The notes: generated by a model not told the origin, from the letters alone. 64,000 nucleotides of DNA from Octopus vulgaris (GCA_951406725.2 OX597831.1:29078001-29142000), one strand, 5' to 3'; shown: positions 40,169 through 54,818, counted from the stretch's first letter. Made by a program: numbers and translations.

Positions 40169-40799
40169 ATGTATGTGTGTGTGTGTCATGTATGTGTGTG
40201 TGTATGTGTGTGTGCATGCTTCCCTCCACCACCACCACCACCACCACTTGACAGCTGGTGCTGGCTGGTTTATTATCCCTGTAACTTAGTGGTTCAGCAA
40301 AACGGACTGACAGAATAAGCACCAGGCTTTGCAAAACAAAACAAAAAAAAAATAAGTACAGGGGTCGATTCGCTTGCTTAAAACCCTTCAAAGCAGTGCT
40401 CCAGTATGGCCACAGTCCAAAAACTGGAACAAGTAAGAGACAAAAGATAAAAGACATTGCTGTGGTGTGAACTAGAAACCTTACCCTATCATTTCACCAA
40501 CTGAACCACCACCACCACCCTCTGCCACACCCAGCATTTAATCCATATCTACGCCGCCGCAACCACCACCACCACCCAGCAATCTCTTGCTATCAAAACT
40601 GTCCCAACATCCAATCGGAGACAGGAAACGAAGGATTAATATATCTTAATACCTCTTAATATTAGGAATGATTTATTAAATCAACAGATGTGAAGGCATA
40701 TGTGTGTGTGTGTGTGTGTGTGTATGTGTGTGTGAGTGTGTATGTATGTGAGTGTAAGTATATGCATGTGTAGGTTTGTGTGTGTGTTAAAATGTGATG

Positions 40800-41290
40800 T
40801 GCATATGTGTGAATATGTATGTGTGTGTATATGAATGCATAAGTATGTGTGTGTGTGTGTATATGAATGCATAAGTATGTGTGTGTGTATATGAATGCAA
40901 AAGTATGTGTGTGTGTGTGTATATGAATGCATAAGTATGTGTGTACGTGTACATGAATGCATAAGTATGTGTGTGTATATGAATGCATAAGTATGTGTGT
41001 GTGTGTGTATATGAATGCAAAAGTATGTATGTGTGTGTGTGTATATGAATGCATAAGTATGTGTGTGTGTGTATATGAATGCATATGTGTGTGTGTGTAT
41101 ATGAATGCATAAGTATGTGTGTGTGTATATGAATGCATAAGTATGTGTGTGTGTGTATATGGATGCATAAGTATGTGTGTGTGTATATGAATGCATAAGT
41201 ATGTGTGAGTGTGTGTATATGAATGTATAAGTATGTGTTTGTGTGTATAGGAATGCATAAGTATGTGTGTGTGTGTGTGTGTGTGTGTAA
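40800..41290. repeat. Compound minisatellite atatgaatgcataagtat(gt)n, about 16 units
   Basis: Direct reading; explains the 211- and 223-aa His/Thr-rich ORFs. Confidence 0.9.
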
Positions 41291-41734
41291 TGAGCAAATG
41301 TGTTACACTTTTTACTTGTTTCAGTCATTTGACTGTGGCCATGCTGGAGCACTGCCTTTAGTCGAGCAAATCGACCCCAGGACTTATTCTTTTTAAGCCT
41401 AGTGCTTATTCTATCGGTCTCTTTTGCCGAACCGCTAAGTTACAGGGACGTAACACACTAGCATCGGTTGTCAAGTGATGTTGGGGGGGGGGAAAAACAC
41501 AGACACACAAACGTATACACACACACACCTAAGCTCTATGCAGCTCCCGCAGATGGAAATGGCAAACTTCTGCTCACTCCTTCACCGCAACTTTCTCTCA
41601 CTCTTTCCTCCTGTTCCTAGGAGCTCACCTGCGACGGACTGGCATCCCATCCAGGTGGGAGAACCTACATGCCAATGAAACCGGGAAACTGGCTTTTATG
41701 AGCCAGACATGGGTCGAGAAGGAACAAACAACAA

Positions 41735-41936
41735 GGAGTGGCTGTGTGGTAAGTAGCTTGCCAACCAACCACATGGTTCCGGGTTCAGTCCCACTGCGTG
41801 GCATCTTGGGCAAGTGCCTTCTGCTATAGCCCCGGGCCGACCAATGCCTTGTGAGTGGATTTGGTAGACGGAAACTGAAAGAAGCCTGTCGTATATAAGT
41901 ATATATATGTATATATGTGTATGTGTGTGTGTTTGT

Positions 41937-41968
<32 letters not shown>

Positions 41969-42162
41969 TTGTCCCCCTACCATTGCTTGACAACCGATGC
42001 TGGTGTATTTATGTCCCCATAGTTTAGCAGTTCGGCAAAAGAGACCGATGGAATAAGTACTGGGCTTACAGGGAGTGGGTCCCAGGGTCGGTTTGCTCGA
42101 CTAAAGGTGGTGCTCCAGCATGGCCGCAGTTGGGTGACTGAAACAAGTAAAAGAGTAAAGAG
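41735..42162 (+). mobile_element. SINE family A copy with clustered A-to-G substitutions in its 3' part
   Basis: Alignment to sister copies at 38011 and 38986. Confidence 0.88.
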
Positions 42163-43138
42163 TATGTATACATGCATATATTTATTTATGTTTATGTGTA
42201 TATATGTATGTGTGTGTGTGTATGTTTACATGTATGTATGTATATATGTAGGTATGTATATATGCATGTATGTATGCATACATAGATGCTCATAGACAAT
42301 GGAGTGATTCACCAACAACTTCCCATGCTATGACTGCTCTCTTCTTTTGTTTGTAACCAAAAACATATGACTATATTTATGTGTGTCCACATAAAAGTGT
42401 GTGTGTATGTATACTTACATGTGTGTGTCTACATATATGTTTGTGTGTGTGTGTGTGTGTATACCTATATGTGTGTATGTGTGTGTGTGTGTGTGTATGA
42501 AGGGAATGTCACCTACGTCTGCCTCGCCTTTCAGCTTTCCAAAGTTGATAAAGTATCAGCTGATAAGATAATCAAGTACTGCCGTTAATTTGAACACGTG
42601 CGCACGCGTGCGTGTGTGTGTGTGTGTGTATGTGTTTTTATGTGTGCGTGTGTGTGTGTGTATGTGTTTTTATGTGTGCCTGAGTGAACACATCTTTCTG
42701 TATGGTCAAACATGTGTATTTATATGTACGTATAACAGAGTTCCAGTTGCTGTTGTTGTTGTTGGTGGTGGTGGTGGTGGTTATAGAGATGATGATGTCA
42801 GTGGCAATGGTAGCATGGCAGTGACGATAATGATGACAATGGTGCAAATGAAGACGCTGACGACGACATCAATGACGACGATCTTTCCAGAGTAAGAGTA
42901 ATAAATGCCAATACATGTACTTTTGGATTTCCTAGTTCTTTAGTTTTTCAAAACATCAGAACAGATATTGGAGTGGCTGTGTGGTAAGTAGCTAGCTTAC
43001 CAACCACATGGGTCCGGGTTCAGTCCCACTGCGTGGCACCTTGGGCAAGTGTCTTCTACTATAGCCTCGGGCTGACCAAAGCCTTGTGAGTGGATTTGGT
43101 AGATGGAAACTGGAAGAAGCCCATCGTATATATGTATG

Positions 43139-43194
<56 letters not shown>

Positions 43195-43197
<3 letters not shown>

Positions 43198-43365
43198 GGA
43201 GAGTTCACGAAAAAAACAAAATATGAAGACAGGTGGTGTAGAAAACAAACAGATGTATTAGTATAACGCTCAGGAATTGAAAAAGTCTTTTATGTTTCGA
43301 GTCTATGCTCTTCTACAGAAAGGGACACAGAAAAAAACAAGGAGAGAAGCAAGGAGAGAAAAAAA
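43195..43365 (-). mobile_element. Penelope-like short repeat inside (TA)n; second copy at about 51041-51238
   Basis: Two similar copies. Minus strand has CTGTRGA-AGAG..CTC-GAAA, a degenerate hammerhead-like layout. Confidence 0.55.
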
Positions 43366-45374
43366 TATATACATACATATATATATATGTATGTGTGTGT
43401 GTATATGTTTGTGTCAGTGTTTGTCCCCTCAACATCGCTTGACAGCCGATGCTGGTGTGTTTACGTCCCTGTAACACTAGCGGTTCGGCAAAAGAAACCA
43501 ATAGAATAAGTACTAGGCTGACAAAGAATAAGTCATGGTGTCGATTTACTCAACTAAAGGTGGTGCTCCAGTATGGCCACAGTTAAAAGAGTAAAAGAGA
43601 GATATCGAACTGCCAATCCTATCAAACAAACAGGATGAAAACAGAGGAACATAATCCAAGTCAGAAGGTTGGATTTGTATAAGCAATCTACCTTAGAAAA
43701 GCAGAGTACCAATGTCTGTGAATCATGGCTAAACCTTCACTTTTCATTCCACAATAAAGAAATGGCACTATTGTCTGTGAGTCATGGCTAAACCTTTCGT
43801 TTCCATTCTAAGACAATTGCCCTGATGAATGCTTGTTGATGCTGCCATATTTCTTGAAGAATTAATAGAAATGGTGAAATTTGGTTTCCTTTATTATAGT
43901 GGAGATGTCAAATCAAAGCAATAATTAGATAGAGAAATAACATGATATATAAAACCATAGATGCGTGGGTGTGTGTGTGGATAATTCGTGTGTGTGTATG
44001 TGAAATTGTGTGTATGTGGTGGGGTGAGTGGAGTATGTCTATGTATGTATGTCTATGTCTGTATTGCATGTGTGTGTGTGTTTATGTGTGGAATGTCTGA
44101 GTATGTATGTGTGGAATGTGTGTGTGTGTTTAGGAGAAAATAAAGAGGTAGGATGAGAGGAGCGAAGAAAGAATGTGGGGAGCAGCTGGTATGATGGAGA
44201 GTGCGAGGGAAGGAGAGAGAGAGAGAGAGAGAGAAAATATATGTTTGCAATGAGGAGAGTGGCAGGAGAAAAAGGACAGATAGATGTCAGTTCTGAGACT
44301 GAGAGTAAGAGTTACAAACAAAAGAAAGAGTGAGGGAATTACATACATTAGGAGAGTGAGATGGAGAGTTAGAGAGAGATAGAGAGAGAGAGAGAGAGAG
44401 GGTAACATAAAAGAGTAATATATAGAGTAAAGTTTATTGGCCAACATAACATGGCAGTCCTGAATAGGACTAAGTTACTTTTTAACTCCAGGAAAACATC
44501 TTTTCCAGTTGATTTATCAACACTTGGTTTCACAAATAAAGAAATTATTTATCCACCAACAATGCGATGTGGAGCACTCCTTCCAATGCTCTACATTTAC
44601 ATGTATATATATATATATATATATATACTCTTTTACTTGTTTCAGTCATTTGACTGCGGCCATGCTGGAGCACCGCCTTTAGTCAAGCAAATCGACCTCA
44701 GGACTTATTCTTTGTAAGCCTAGTACTTATTCTATTGGTCTCTTTTGCTGAACTGTTAAGTTACAGGGATGTAAACACACCAGCTTCAGTTGTCAAGCGA
44801 TGTTGTGGGGGAAAAACGCAGACACACAAACATATACACATACATACATATATATATATACATATTTACAACGGGCTTCTTTCAGTTTCCGTCTACCAAA
44901 TCCACTCAGAAGGCTTTGGTCGGCCCGAGGCTATAGTAGAAGACACTTGCCCAAGGTGCCACGTAGTGGGACTGAACCTGGAACCACGTGGTTGGTAAGC
45001 AAGCTAGCAGTATTATTATTATTATTAAAGAAGAAGAAGAATTAGTTCTAATTATGGCGCAAAGCCAGTAATTTGATGAGAATAGTTCAGTCAATTAAAC
45101 TAATGGTGGCATGTGATTTGAAGGAGATTTGTCTGCTATTTCAGTCAGATTACACAGCCATGCAGAGAGTCTCCCGTTAGTGTACATGTGAAGTACACTT
45201 TCTTCTTATCAAAATTATTTAAGATAAAAAGAAATAATAATAATCCAGTGAAATTATCATGTGACAACAAATCTGATAACAAGATTGAAATTTGAAACCT
45301 TGTCATCACCCATTGAGTCTTCAAACTGAGGAAAGAAGACAACGTTAAATGATAGAGGACCAATTCATTTTTAC

Positions 45375-45703
45375 AGTTCTATATTTAAAATATGAGGAAT
45401 TATGTACATTATTTACATTTGATGGATATTTGTCCTCGTCTTGTTTGTTGTTAACACAACGTTTCGGCTGATACACCCTCCAGCCTTCATCATGTGTATT
45501 TGAGAAATTTCGAACCAGGGTTCTCATTCCTAAAGTATTTTTTGATGTTGTTATTATAATCATTATTATTATTATCATAATTATTAATCAGGTCACTGCC
45601 TGGAATCAAACTCGGAATCTTGGGGTTAGTAGCCCGCGCTCTTAACCACTACGCCATATGCCCCAAGATTCCAAGTTCAATTCCAGGCAGTGACCTGAAT
45701 AAT
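45375..45703 (-). mobile_element. SINE family E with inverted partial duplication
   Basis: Full copy on minus at 45375-45662, then a forward fragment cccaagattcc..gacctgaataata at 45662-45703. Confidence 0.8.
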
Positions 45704-48700
45704 ACTCTGTTAGTTTTGACAACGAGGGTTCCACTGATCCGATCAACAGAATAACCTTCTCGTGAAATTAATGTGCAAGTATCTGAGTATTCCACAGACA
45801 CACATACCCTTAATGTAGTTCTGATTCAGTGTGACACAGAGTGTGACAAGGCTGGCCATTTGAAATACAGGTACAGCTCATTTTTGCAAGCTGAGTGAAC
45901 TGAGGGAACGTGAAATAAAGTGTCTTGCTCAAGGACATAACGTGCCACCAGGAATTGAACTCATAACCTTACGATTATTAGTCGAACGTCCTAGCCATTA
46001 AGCCAGAGTGTGATTTAAGGAAGATTTGGTTACTATTTTGAGCAACTCATGCAACCACATAAAGGTACCCAAAGTGGATTGTAAAGCATGGCCTCTCAAT
46101 TAGCATTGACAAAAACCCCTCTAAAAAATAACTGACTGTAGAATTGTTTAGTCCCAAGCCATCCTTAATTGAGCAAGCAGCCAGATTTATAATCAAAGGA
46201 CTTCCATCCATGACTATATATAAAATATACTGTGTCCTACACTATGCTAAACACGCACTCCTTTCACTTTTTATAAAGAACAGAGTTTAATTTAATAGAA
46301 ATTTGATTACTATTGTTATCAGGTCATTCAACCACAAAGAACCTACCTCATTGATAAGAAGCAGCATTTTTGTTAACATTGATAAAAACCATGACCTGTG
46401 AACAAGTGACTTGATGGCTATAATTGCTGTCTTCTTCTTCTTCTTCTTCTTCTAATCAGGACTAATAAGCCACAAAGAACAATCTCTAATTTGAGCCTAC
46501 TCTAAGCTACTAAGAATGTGTGTGGAAACTTGAAGATCCACCCACCACACGCGATAGACTGGCGGTTGCATGGACGCGAAAGCTACGTTGTTATCCTCAT
46601 TCCGTAAACGGTGGCTTTTAACGGGTGGAGAGCTGAACCATCCTGGGGTACAGAGGATTCACAATCTAGACTAGGGTCTGAAAGTTTACCACACCATTGT
46701 GGATTACACCATGGTTCCTCTGCTTTGTGGCAGAAGTAGGAAGAAAGAGTGAGAGAAAGTTGTGGTGAGTACAGCGGGGTTCCCGCCCCCACTGCCTGAG
46801 CCTCATGGAGCTTAGGTGCTTTTGCTCAATAAAGACTCACATTGCCCAGCCTGGGAATCGAAACTGCATTTTTACGACCACGAGTCCACTGCCCTAGCCA
46901 CTGGACCATTGCGACTCCATTGCTGTTGTTGTTCTGAAAGCCCTCAGTGGAGGGTTGAGCAGGAGGTGTAGAGATAAGAGAGCCTAAAATTGAGAAGCAT
47001 AATCATGATGAGAGATGACCCTCCATCCTTAATTTATGTGATGCTGAAGAGCAATGTCAGGCAGCTGTGCTGCTGCTGTATTGTTGTTTAGCCCTAGGCC
47101 ATCCTAAAGGACCAAAGATGTTTTAGTGATGACCATCTCATTTTATTATAGCACAGGTGTGGCCGTGTGGTAAGAAGCTTGCTTCCCAACCACATGGTTT
47201 TGGTGTTCAACCCTTACAAGTTGTACTTACGGCAAGATTTTTTATTTTTTGTAGAAGGAAATTTAAAGAAGGTCATTGTATCTTGTTTCTTTTGTTTCTT
47301 ACTTGTTTAAGTCATTAGACTGTGGCCATGCTGGAGCACCACCTGGAAGAATTTTTAGTCAAATGAATCAACGTCAAAACTTATTTTCTTTTTAGACCTG
47401 GTACTTAGTCTATCGATCTCTTTTTGCTACACCACTAAGTTACAGGGATGTAAACACACCAACACCACTTGGCAAGTGGTGGCGGAGGACACACACATAC
47501 ACACACAAATATTTATATGTAAGATGTGCTTCTTTCAGTTTCGTATTTCTTTATTGCCCACAAGGGGCTAAACATAGAGGGGACAAACAAGGACAGACAG
47601 AGGGATTAAGTTGATTACATCGACCCCAGTGCATAACTGGTACTTAATTTATTGACCCCAAAAGGATGAAAGGCAAAGTTGACCTTGGCGGAATTTGAAC
47701 TCAGAACGTAATGGCAGACAAAATACCACTAAGTATTTCGCCCAGCGTGCTAACGTGCTAGCAGTTCCATTCACAAGGCTTTGGTCGGCCCAAAGCTATA
47801 GTAAAAGACACTTGCCCAAGGTGCCACACAGTGGAACTGAACCCAGAACCAAGTGGTTGAGAAGCAAACTTCTTACCACATAGCCATGCCTGCATAAGAA
47901 TACAAATGTGTGCGTGCAAGAGTGTTTTATGTGTGTGTTAACGTCTCTTTCCTTTGGCATAGCAGGATTGTTGTAAATGAATGTCACTGTTATATAAGTG
48001 GTATCTATTTCCAATATTCCATGAAAACATATTTAGTCATGAAGAAATATTACCTGACTTGGAAGCAAGTAAGGTTTGGCAACAGGAAGCGCATCCAGCA
48101 GTGGGAAAAAATCCACCTGAACAAAACTCCATCCAAACCATGCAAACATGAAGAAAAAAATGAACACAAAATGATGATGATAATAATGTACATTTAGGAT
48201 TACCAAAGTCAACGAGCCCTTTTTATTATTGTAGTATATCCTGGGGTCAATACTGACTAAACAAACTTTATGGTAAAAAATGCTCCAACCATGACTATCC
48301 CAACTTCTATTCACAGAGAGTATATCAACTTCTTCATTATCCATTGTGATCTTCTGTTTTAAGACAGAGGGAGATTTGGCAGTTATTTCTAGCATCCTGA
48401 GCAACCAGAGTGGATGCCTTCCTCAATGGTTTGTTAAGCACAATAAAGTAGGAGTGGATGGATGTTTAACTATTATTTCTAGTATGCAGAGCAAACAGAG
48501 TGAAACCTCCCTCAATGGCACATTAAGTACAATATAGTAAGAATACAGGGAGCTATGGCTATTATTTCTAGCATCATGAGCAACTAAACTGAAACCTCTT
48601 CTCACTGGCTTGTTAAAAAAATTACAGCAAAAAGATCACACTTTTATTCAGTCAAGGTAATTCAAGAGATAGTTTAATAAAACTAAGGTTCAAATTTCAA

Positions 48701-51540
48701 ACGTTTTAATCTAATTAACACAACAGTTCATCATTAATTACTTTCTATTAACAAACTTCACTAGTTCTTATCTGTTCTGATTAAAAGTCACTTTCGACGA
48801 AATTTAACGAAGCACACTTTCTTAAAAGTCAATCACATGCTATATGTTACACACAGTTACTACTACTACTACTAAGAGATAGTACACTGGTAGATGTTGG
48901 AAATCTCGTCATCACCAACTATGAAGTCGTGGTGGTGGTGGTGTTGGGGGATGGACATAGTCTGAACAATTTAACCGAGAATACAGTTTCTTGAGTGGTA
49001 AGGCGGCTAGCTGGCAGAAACGTTAGCACGCCAGGCGAAATGCTTAGCGGTATTTCATCTGTAGCTATGTTCTGAGTTCAAATTCTGCCGAGGTCGACTT
49101 TGCCTTTCATCCTTTCGGGGTTGATTAAATAAGTATCAGTTACACACTGGGGTCAATATAATCAACTTAATCCGTTTGTCCCCTCTGTGTGTAGCTCCTT
49201 GTGGAAAGTAAAGAAATAAGAAACTTGTTTCCCAACCACATGGCACCAGGTTCAGTCCCACTGCATGGCGCCTTGGGCAAATGTCCTCTACTATAGCCTC
49301 GGGCCAATTAAAGCCTTGTGAGTGGATCTGGTAGAAGAAAACTGAAAGAAGCCTGTCATATATATGTGTGTGTGTGTCTGTTCCCCCACCATCACTTGAC
49401 AATCAGTGCTGGTATGTTTACGTCCTATTAATATTTAGCAGTTTGGCAAAAGAGACTGATAAAACAAGTACTAGGCTTACAAGGAATAAGTCCTTGAGTT
49501 AATTTCTTTGACTAAAACCCTTTAAGACAGTACTTCAGCATGGCCACAATCAAATGACTGAAACGAATACAAGAAAATCCAGTTACCATAGACAATACTC
49601 TATACTGCGCATACACAAGATGGTCGAATGGTAGAGTTGTTAGTGTGTCATTTAGAATACTTTGTGGTGTGTGTTCCAGTTCTTCATGGTCAAAGTTCAA
49701 ATCCTGATAAGATCAATACTGCAGTTCATCCCTTAGGAGGTTGATAAATTAAGCACCAGAGAAGCATTGGGATTGCTTCTTTTCACTCGCACACACACAT
49801 TTTCTCTCTGGAAGAAATCAGCCACGTTCAGCCCACAAGAAAGAGGGCTCAGTCAAGTTTAAAATACTTTCTACTATAGGCACAAGGCCAGAAATTTTTG
49901 AAGAGAGTGCGAGTTGATTACATCAACTCCAGTGCTCAACTGGTACTTATTTTATTGACTCTTGAAAGGATGAAAGACAAAGTCGACCTTGGTGGAATTT
50001 GAACCCAGAATGTAAAGACATGAAATGCCACTAAGCATTTTGTTGACCATGCAAAGGGTTCTGCCAGCTTGTTGCCTTCTCTCAGGTTTAAAATGCCCAA
50101 TACGCATCATATGTCACAACAGGGTACCCCACTGCCCTGCCTACACGAAGACTCTTCAAGGGTTGTAGAACCACATCAGCTACTCACACACACACACACA
50201 AACACACACAGTGCTTCTAGGGCAAAGCAAGATCTCACTGCATTTGTGATTCTCTCATGACCTTTCCAGCACCTTTCCTACCCTGCTGCCAGTCATCACC
50301 TTCACTCCACTTCACTGCCAGTCATCACATTCTTTCTCCTTCGACCCCCCCCCCCGCCCCAACACACAACAACAGGTTCCTATCATCACTCAGTGTCCAG
50401 GGTCACACAGCTTTTGATTGTTGCCCTGCCATCACAAGCTACCTTGCCATGAAGATACATACCTATGCACAGAATATTGGCTAGTCCTGATATTCTTGCC
50501 ATTATTGCACAGACCTCAACATTATCACTCGTGCCTTTATTCACTCCTACATCTGTCATTTGTGCTTTTCAATCTTTAAAAAGGCTGATGGAACAAGCAG
50601 AGATGTGGGGTGTGTGAGGTCCTGTTGCTAGTGTCAAGGACAGGGCTACTGTATTTCCTGGCATACAAGTGTGTGCATGTGTGCTTTGGGGAACAAACAG
50701 GAAGAAAAGAACTCACTACAAAAGAGGGTATATATGTATTGTGTGAGTGTGTGTGTGTGTGTGTATTTATATATATATCATCATCATCATAAAGCGGACG
50801 CTAAATGATGATGATATATATATGTGCAGGTGGCACGTAAAAAGCACCCACTACACTCACGGAGTGGTTGGCGTTAGGAAGGGCATCCAGCTGTAGAAAC
50901 ATTGCCAGATAAGACTGGAGCTTGGTGCAGCCTTCTGGCTTCCCAGATCCCTGGTCGAACCGTCCAACCCATGCTAGCATGGAGAACGGACGTTAAACGA
51001 TGATGATGATGATGATATATATATATATATATATATATATAGGGAGAATACACGAAAAAAGCAAAAGACGAAGACAGGTGGTGTAGAAAACAAACAGATG
51101 TATTAGTATAACGCTCAGGAATTGAAAAAGTCTTACATTTTGAGCCTACACTCTTCCACAGAAAGGAACACAGAAAGAAACAAGGAGAGAAAAAAAATGT
51201 GTGTAGTGGCTAACAATCTATCATGGCGACTGCCATGATATATATATATATATATATATATAAAGTAAAATGTCAAGCTACCTTCTCAAGCCATGCCAAC
51301 TCACAAGGGTCAGCTTCCTAGTTTCATGGCGTATATATTCCTCACCTAGACAGGACGCCAGGTCATCGCAGGATTACTCTTTTTTGCCAACTGAGTGGAC
51401 AGCAATAACATGAAAATAAAGTGTTTTGTTGAAGAACATAATGCATTGCCCAGTCCAGGAATAGAAACCACAACCTTACGATAATGAGTCCAACACCCTA
51501 ACCACTAAGCCATGCAACTCCACAATGTATGTGTGTGTGT

Positions 51541-51573
<33 letters not shown>

Positions 51574-51981
51574 TTCAATTAGAGGCTGTGTTAACCTCAT
51601 GAAGGGATTGGTTTCATTCAAGGAAATACTGGTTCAATACCTAGTATTTTGGGGGAATTAATTTCCTTAAAATAATAAGTATATATATAATTCTTTTACT
51701 TGTTTCAGTCATTTTGACTGTGGCTATGCTGGAGCACCGCATTTAGTCGAGCAAATCGATCCCTGGACTTATTCTTTGTTAACGTGGTATTTATTCTTTT
51801 GTTGAACCGCTAAGTTACGGGGACGTAAACACACCAACATCGGTTGTCAAGCGATGTTAGGGAACACAGACACACAAACATATACATATATACATATACA
51901 TATACATACATATACATATACATATATATACATATACATATATATACATATACATATATATGTCTAGAGAACTCACATGTA

Positions 51982-52072
51982 TTTTAGCTGATGAGTACGG
52001 GACACGTTTATATGCTGTAATTTTTGCAACTTTTAATAAAACCTGTCCTTGTATGAAACGATTGTACTAAAA
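51982..52072 (+). ncRNA. Type I hammerhead ribozyme motif (Penelope-type)
   Basis: TTTTAG CTGATGA GTACGGGACA...TGTCCTTGTAT GAAA CGATTG TA CTAAAA: 6-bp stem I, stem II, short near-palindromic stem III, GUA triplet. Confidence 0.65.
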
Positions 52073-52270
52073 ACCTATCCATTCTTGTTGCTTCATTCTC
52101 GCTTATAATCACCCCACATTACTGTATTGTTAAATCAGTATAGTTTTTTTTGGTGCATCTAAGTTAGGTACCATATTCAAGTAAATTCATTTAAATTAAC
52201 TTGAATCTTTATTGCTTTTTGCATATACATATATATATATACATATATATACATATATACATATATACAC

Positions 52271-52309
<39 letters not shown>

Positions 52310-53009
52310 ACTGGCTTCTTTTCAGTTTCCGCCTACCAAATCCACTCACAAGGCTTTGGTCGGCCCGAGGCTATAGTAGAAGACACTTGCCCAAGGTGCC
52401 ACACAGTGGGACTGAACCTGAAACCATGTGGTTAGGAAGCAAGCTTCTTACCACACAGCCATGCCTATCAAACTTCTTGTCAATTCTTGCACTGAGTAGC
52501 ATGTTGTATACCTTTTTCTTTATTACCCACATGGGGCTAAACACAGAGGGGACAAACAAGGACAGACACAGGTTTTAAGTCGATTACATCGACCCCAGTG
52601 CGTAACTGGTACTTAATTTATCGACCCCGAAAGGATGAAAGGCAAAGTCGACCTCGGCGGAATTTGAACTCACAACGTAACGCAGACGAAATACCGCTAA
52701 GCATTTCACCCGGCGTGCTAATGTTTCTGCCAGCTCGCCGCCTTTGTATACCTTTGAAGCTTACACCTTAACCAGTAAGCCAGTGAATATTCAAAAGCAC
52801 ACACACACACACACACACATAGAGTTAACACAAAAACATACAAACAACTAAAGACAAATGAAACAAATTTCACTTTAAACAGGAAGTACTTTTTCTGTGG
52901 TGTTTCTTGAGAAAAAGAGCTGAGATATGACACATTAACTCGTAGAAGACATATCAGTTTGATAAATAAATAAATAGTTTAAACTTAGAACAATGCTGCA
53001 ACTAGTAGC

Positions 53010-53092
53010 ACCGCCATCATCGCCCCTTCACTACCACCACCAGTAACAAAGTCATAGTAACATGTAGTGCCAAGACAACCATCATTATTATT

Positions 53093-53124
<32 letters not shown>

Positions 53125-53525
53125 CACGACTACCACCACGACTACTACCACCACCACCACCACCACCACCACCACCACTACCAGCACCACCAACGTCACC
53201 ACCGCCTCAACCAGTAACAAGTTGTCATAGCTTACAGTTAACATGTACTGCAAACAGGACTACCATTATTATTACTACCATTGGTACCATCACCAACAAT
53301 ATCACCACCACCACCACTCTTAGCACGACCATCACCACTGCCATTAACAAGACTATGATAAGTTACACTAACATTATCAGCATAATCATCATTATCACAA
53401 CAACCAATACCATCGCCACCGCCACTATCTTCACCATCAGCAACAAGATTGTGGTAGGTCACAGTAACATGTACTACCAACGTAACCACTATTAACACCA
53501 ACACCACCATTCCCAGCACTACCCA
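53010..53525. repeat. Degenerate (ACC/AAC/ATC)n low-complexity tract
   Basis: Trinucleotide runs producing poly-P/T/V ORFs. Confidence 0.85.
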
Positions 53526-53775
53526 ATGTTTTCTGACTAATCAATCAGATTTTCCCACACAGATTTCAGAGCCACCTCACACCTGACTAACAACGAACTG
53601 CTGAGACAGAGAAGTTTATAATCATAAGAAAGGAGATAGCTTTCACAATAACACGAACACAACCCGGCACACAAGTCAATGAACCAACCAGGATAACCTC
53701 GAGTGTGGTCGCCGGGTTTACTGAAAATAGCTCACAAATGATCCAACCAAACAGCAGGTTGCAGTGGGTTACATG

Positions 53776-53815
<40 letters not shown>

Positions 53816-53843
53816 CACACTGGTGAGACATGTTATATATATA

Positions 53844-54384
53844 TATGTCACGCTGGTGAGACCCATATTGGAATACAGGATTCAAGCCTCTTCTCCTTAT
53901 CTCATCAAAGACATACAGCATCTCGAAAGAGTCCAGAAGCTGGCTACCCGCATGGTTCATGGTCTCAAAAATTTGTCCTATGAAGAAAGGCTGAGGACAC
54001 TCGACCTTTATTCTCTAGAAAAACGCTGCCGCCGTGGTGATCTCATTCTCGCCCACCAACATCATAAGCGGAAAGTGTAACCTCTCGAAAGAGGTGATCT
54101 TCACTCCTGCTCCAGAGCGTCGGCTGCGGGGTCATTCCGAAAAGCTCTACCTGCGACGATTTCATCTCAATCGAAGAAGAGGAGCTTTCTCCGTCCGGGT
54201 TGCGGATCCGTGGAACAAGCTGCCAGACGAGATGGTGAAGATGCCGACGACTGCTTTGTTCAAAGCCTCCCTTGACCTCAAGTGGCCTGAACTCTTTACA
54301 TGAACACCACCCTGTACTTAACTCCATGTCCCCCTACATGGCCTTGCTATTTGCTTTTGAGCCAATTTAACTAACTAACTAACT

Positions 54385-54387
<3 letters not shown>
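53844..54387 (+). mobile_element. 5'-truncated CR1-clade LINE 3' end with (TAAC)n tail
   Basis: YVTLVRPILEY..SPYLIKDIQHLERVQKLATRMV..LSYEERLRTLDLYSLEKR.RRGDLI / RGHSEKL..AFSVRVADPWNKLP; one frameshift; sits in (TA)n. Confidence 0.92.
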
Positions 54388-54428
<41 letters not shown>

Positions 54429-54775
54429 ATACGTATACATTTATAAAATACGTTTATATATATATAAGAACTAGGCTTACAAAGAATAAGCTCTGGGGTC
54501 GATTTGCTCGACTAAAGGCAGTGCTCCAGCATGGCCACAGTCAAATAACTGAAATAAGTAAAAGAGTAATATATATATATTACGGAGGTGTAATTGTATA
54601 GCAAGCAACCTGATCTAAGATCGTCTGCTGAAACAAAAAATAATTGCAGTGTGGAAGGTGTTTATAAGCCATTTAAAAACACTCTAAACTCGTTAGATTC
54701 ACTTCAACATTTAAATTTAATTTGTCAAAATATTTTCGTCGTTTTGAAACCACGACCTGTTCACTGACAAAATTC

Positions 54776-54818
<43 letters not shown>

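Noticed and set aside
40662-41352. 211- and 223-aa His/Thr/Tyr-rich ORFs
   Set aside because: Translations of a (GT)n-based minisatellite; no splice or domain support.
53017-53519. Poly-Pro/Thr/Val ORFs
   Set aside because: Trinucleotide low-complexity DNA.
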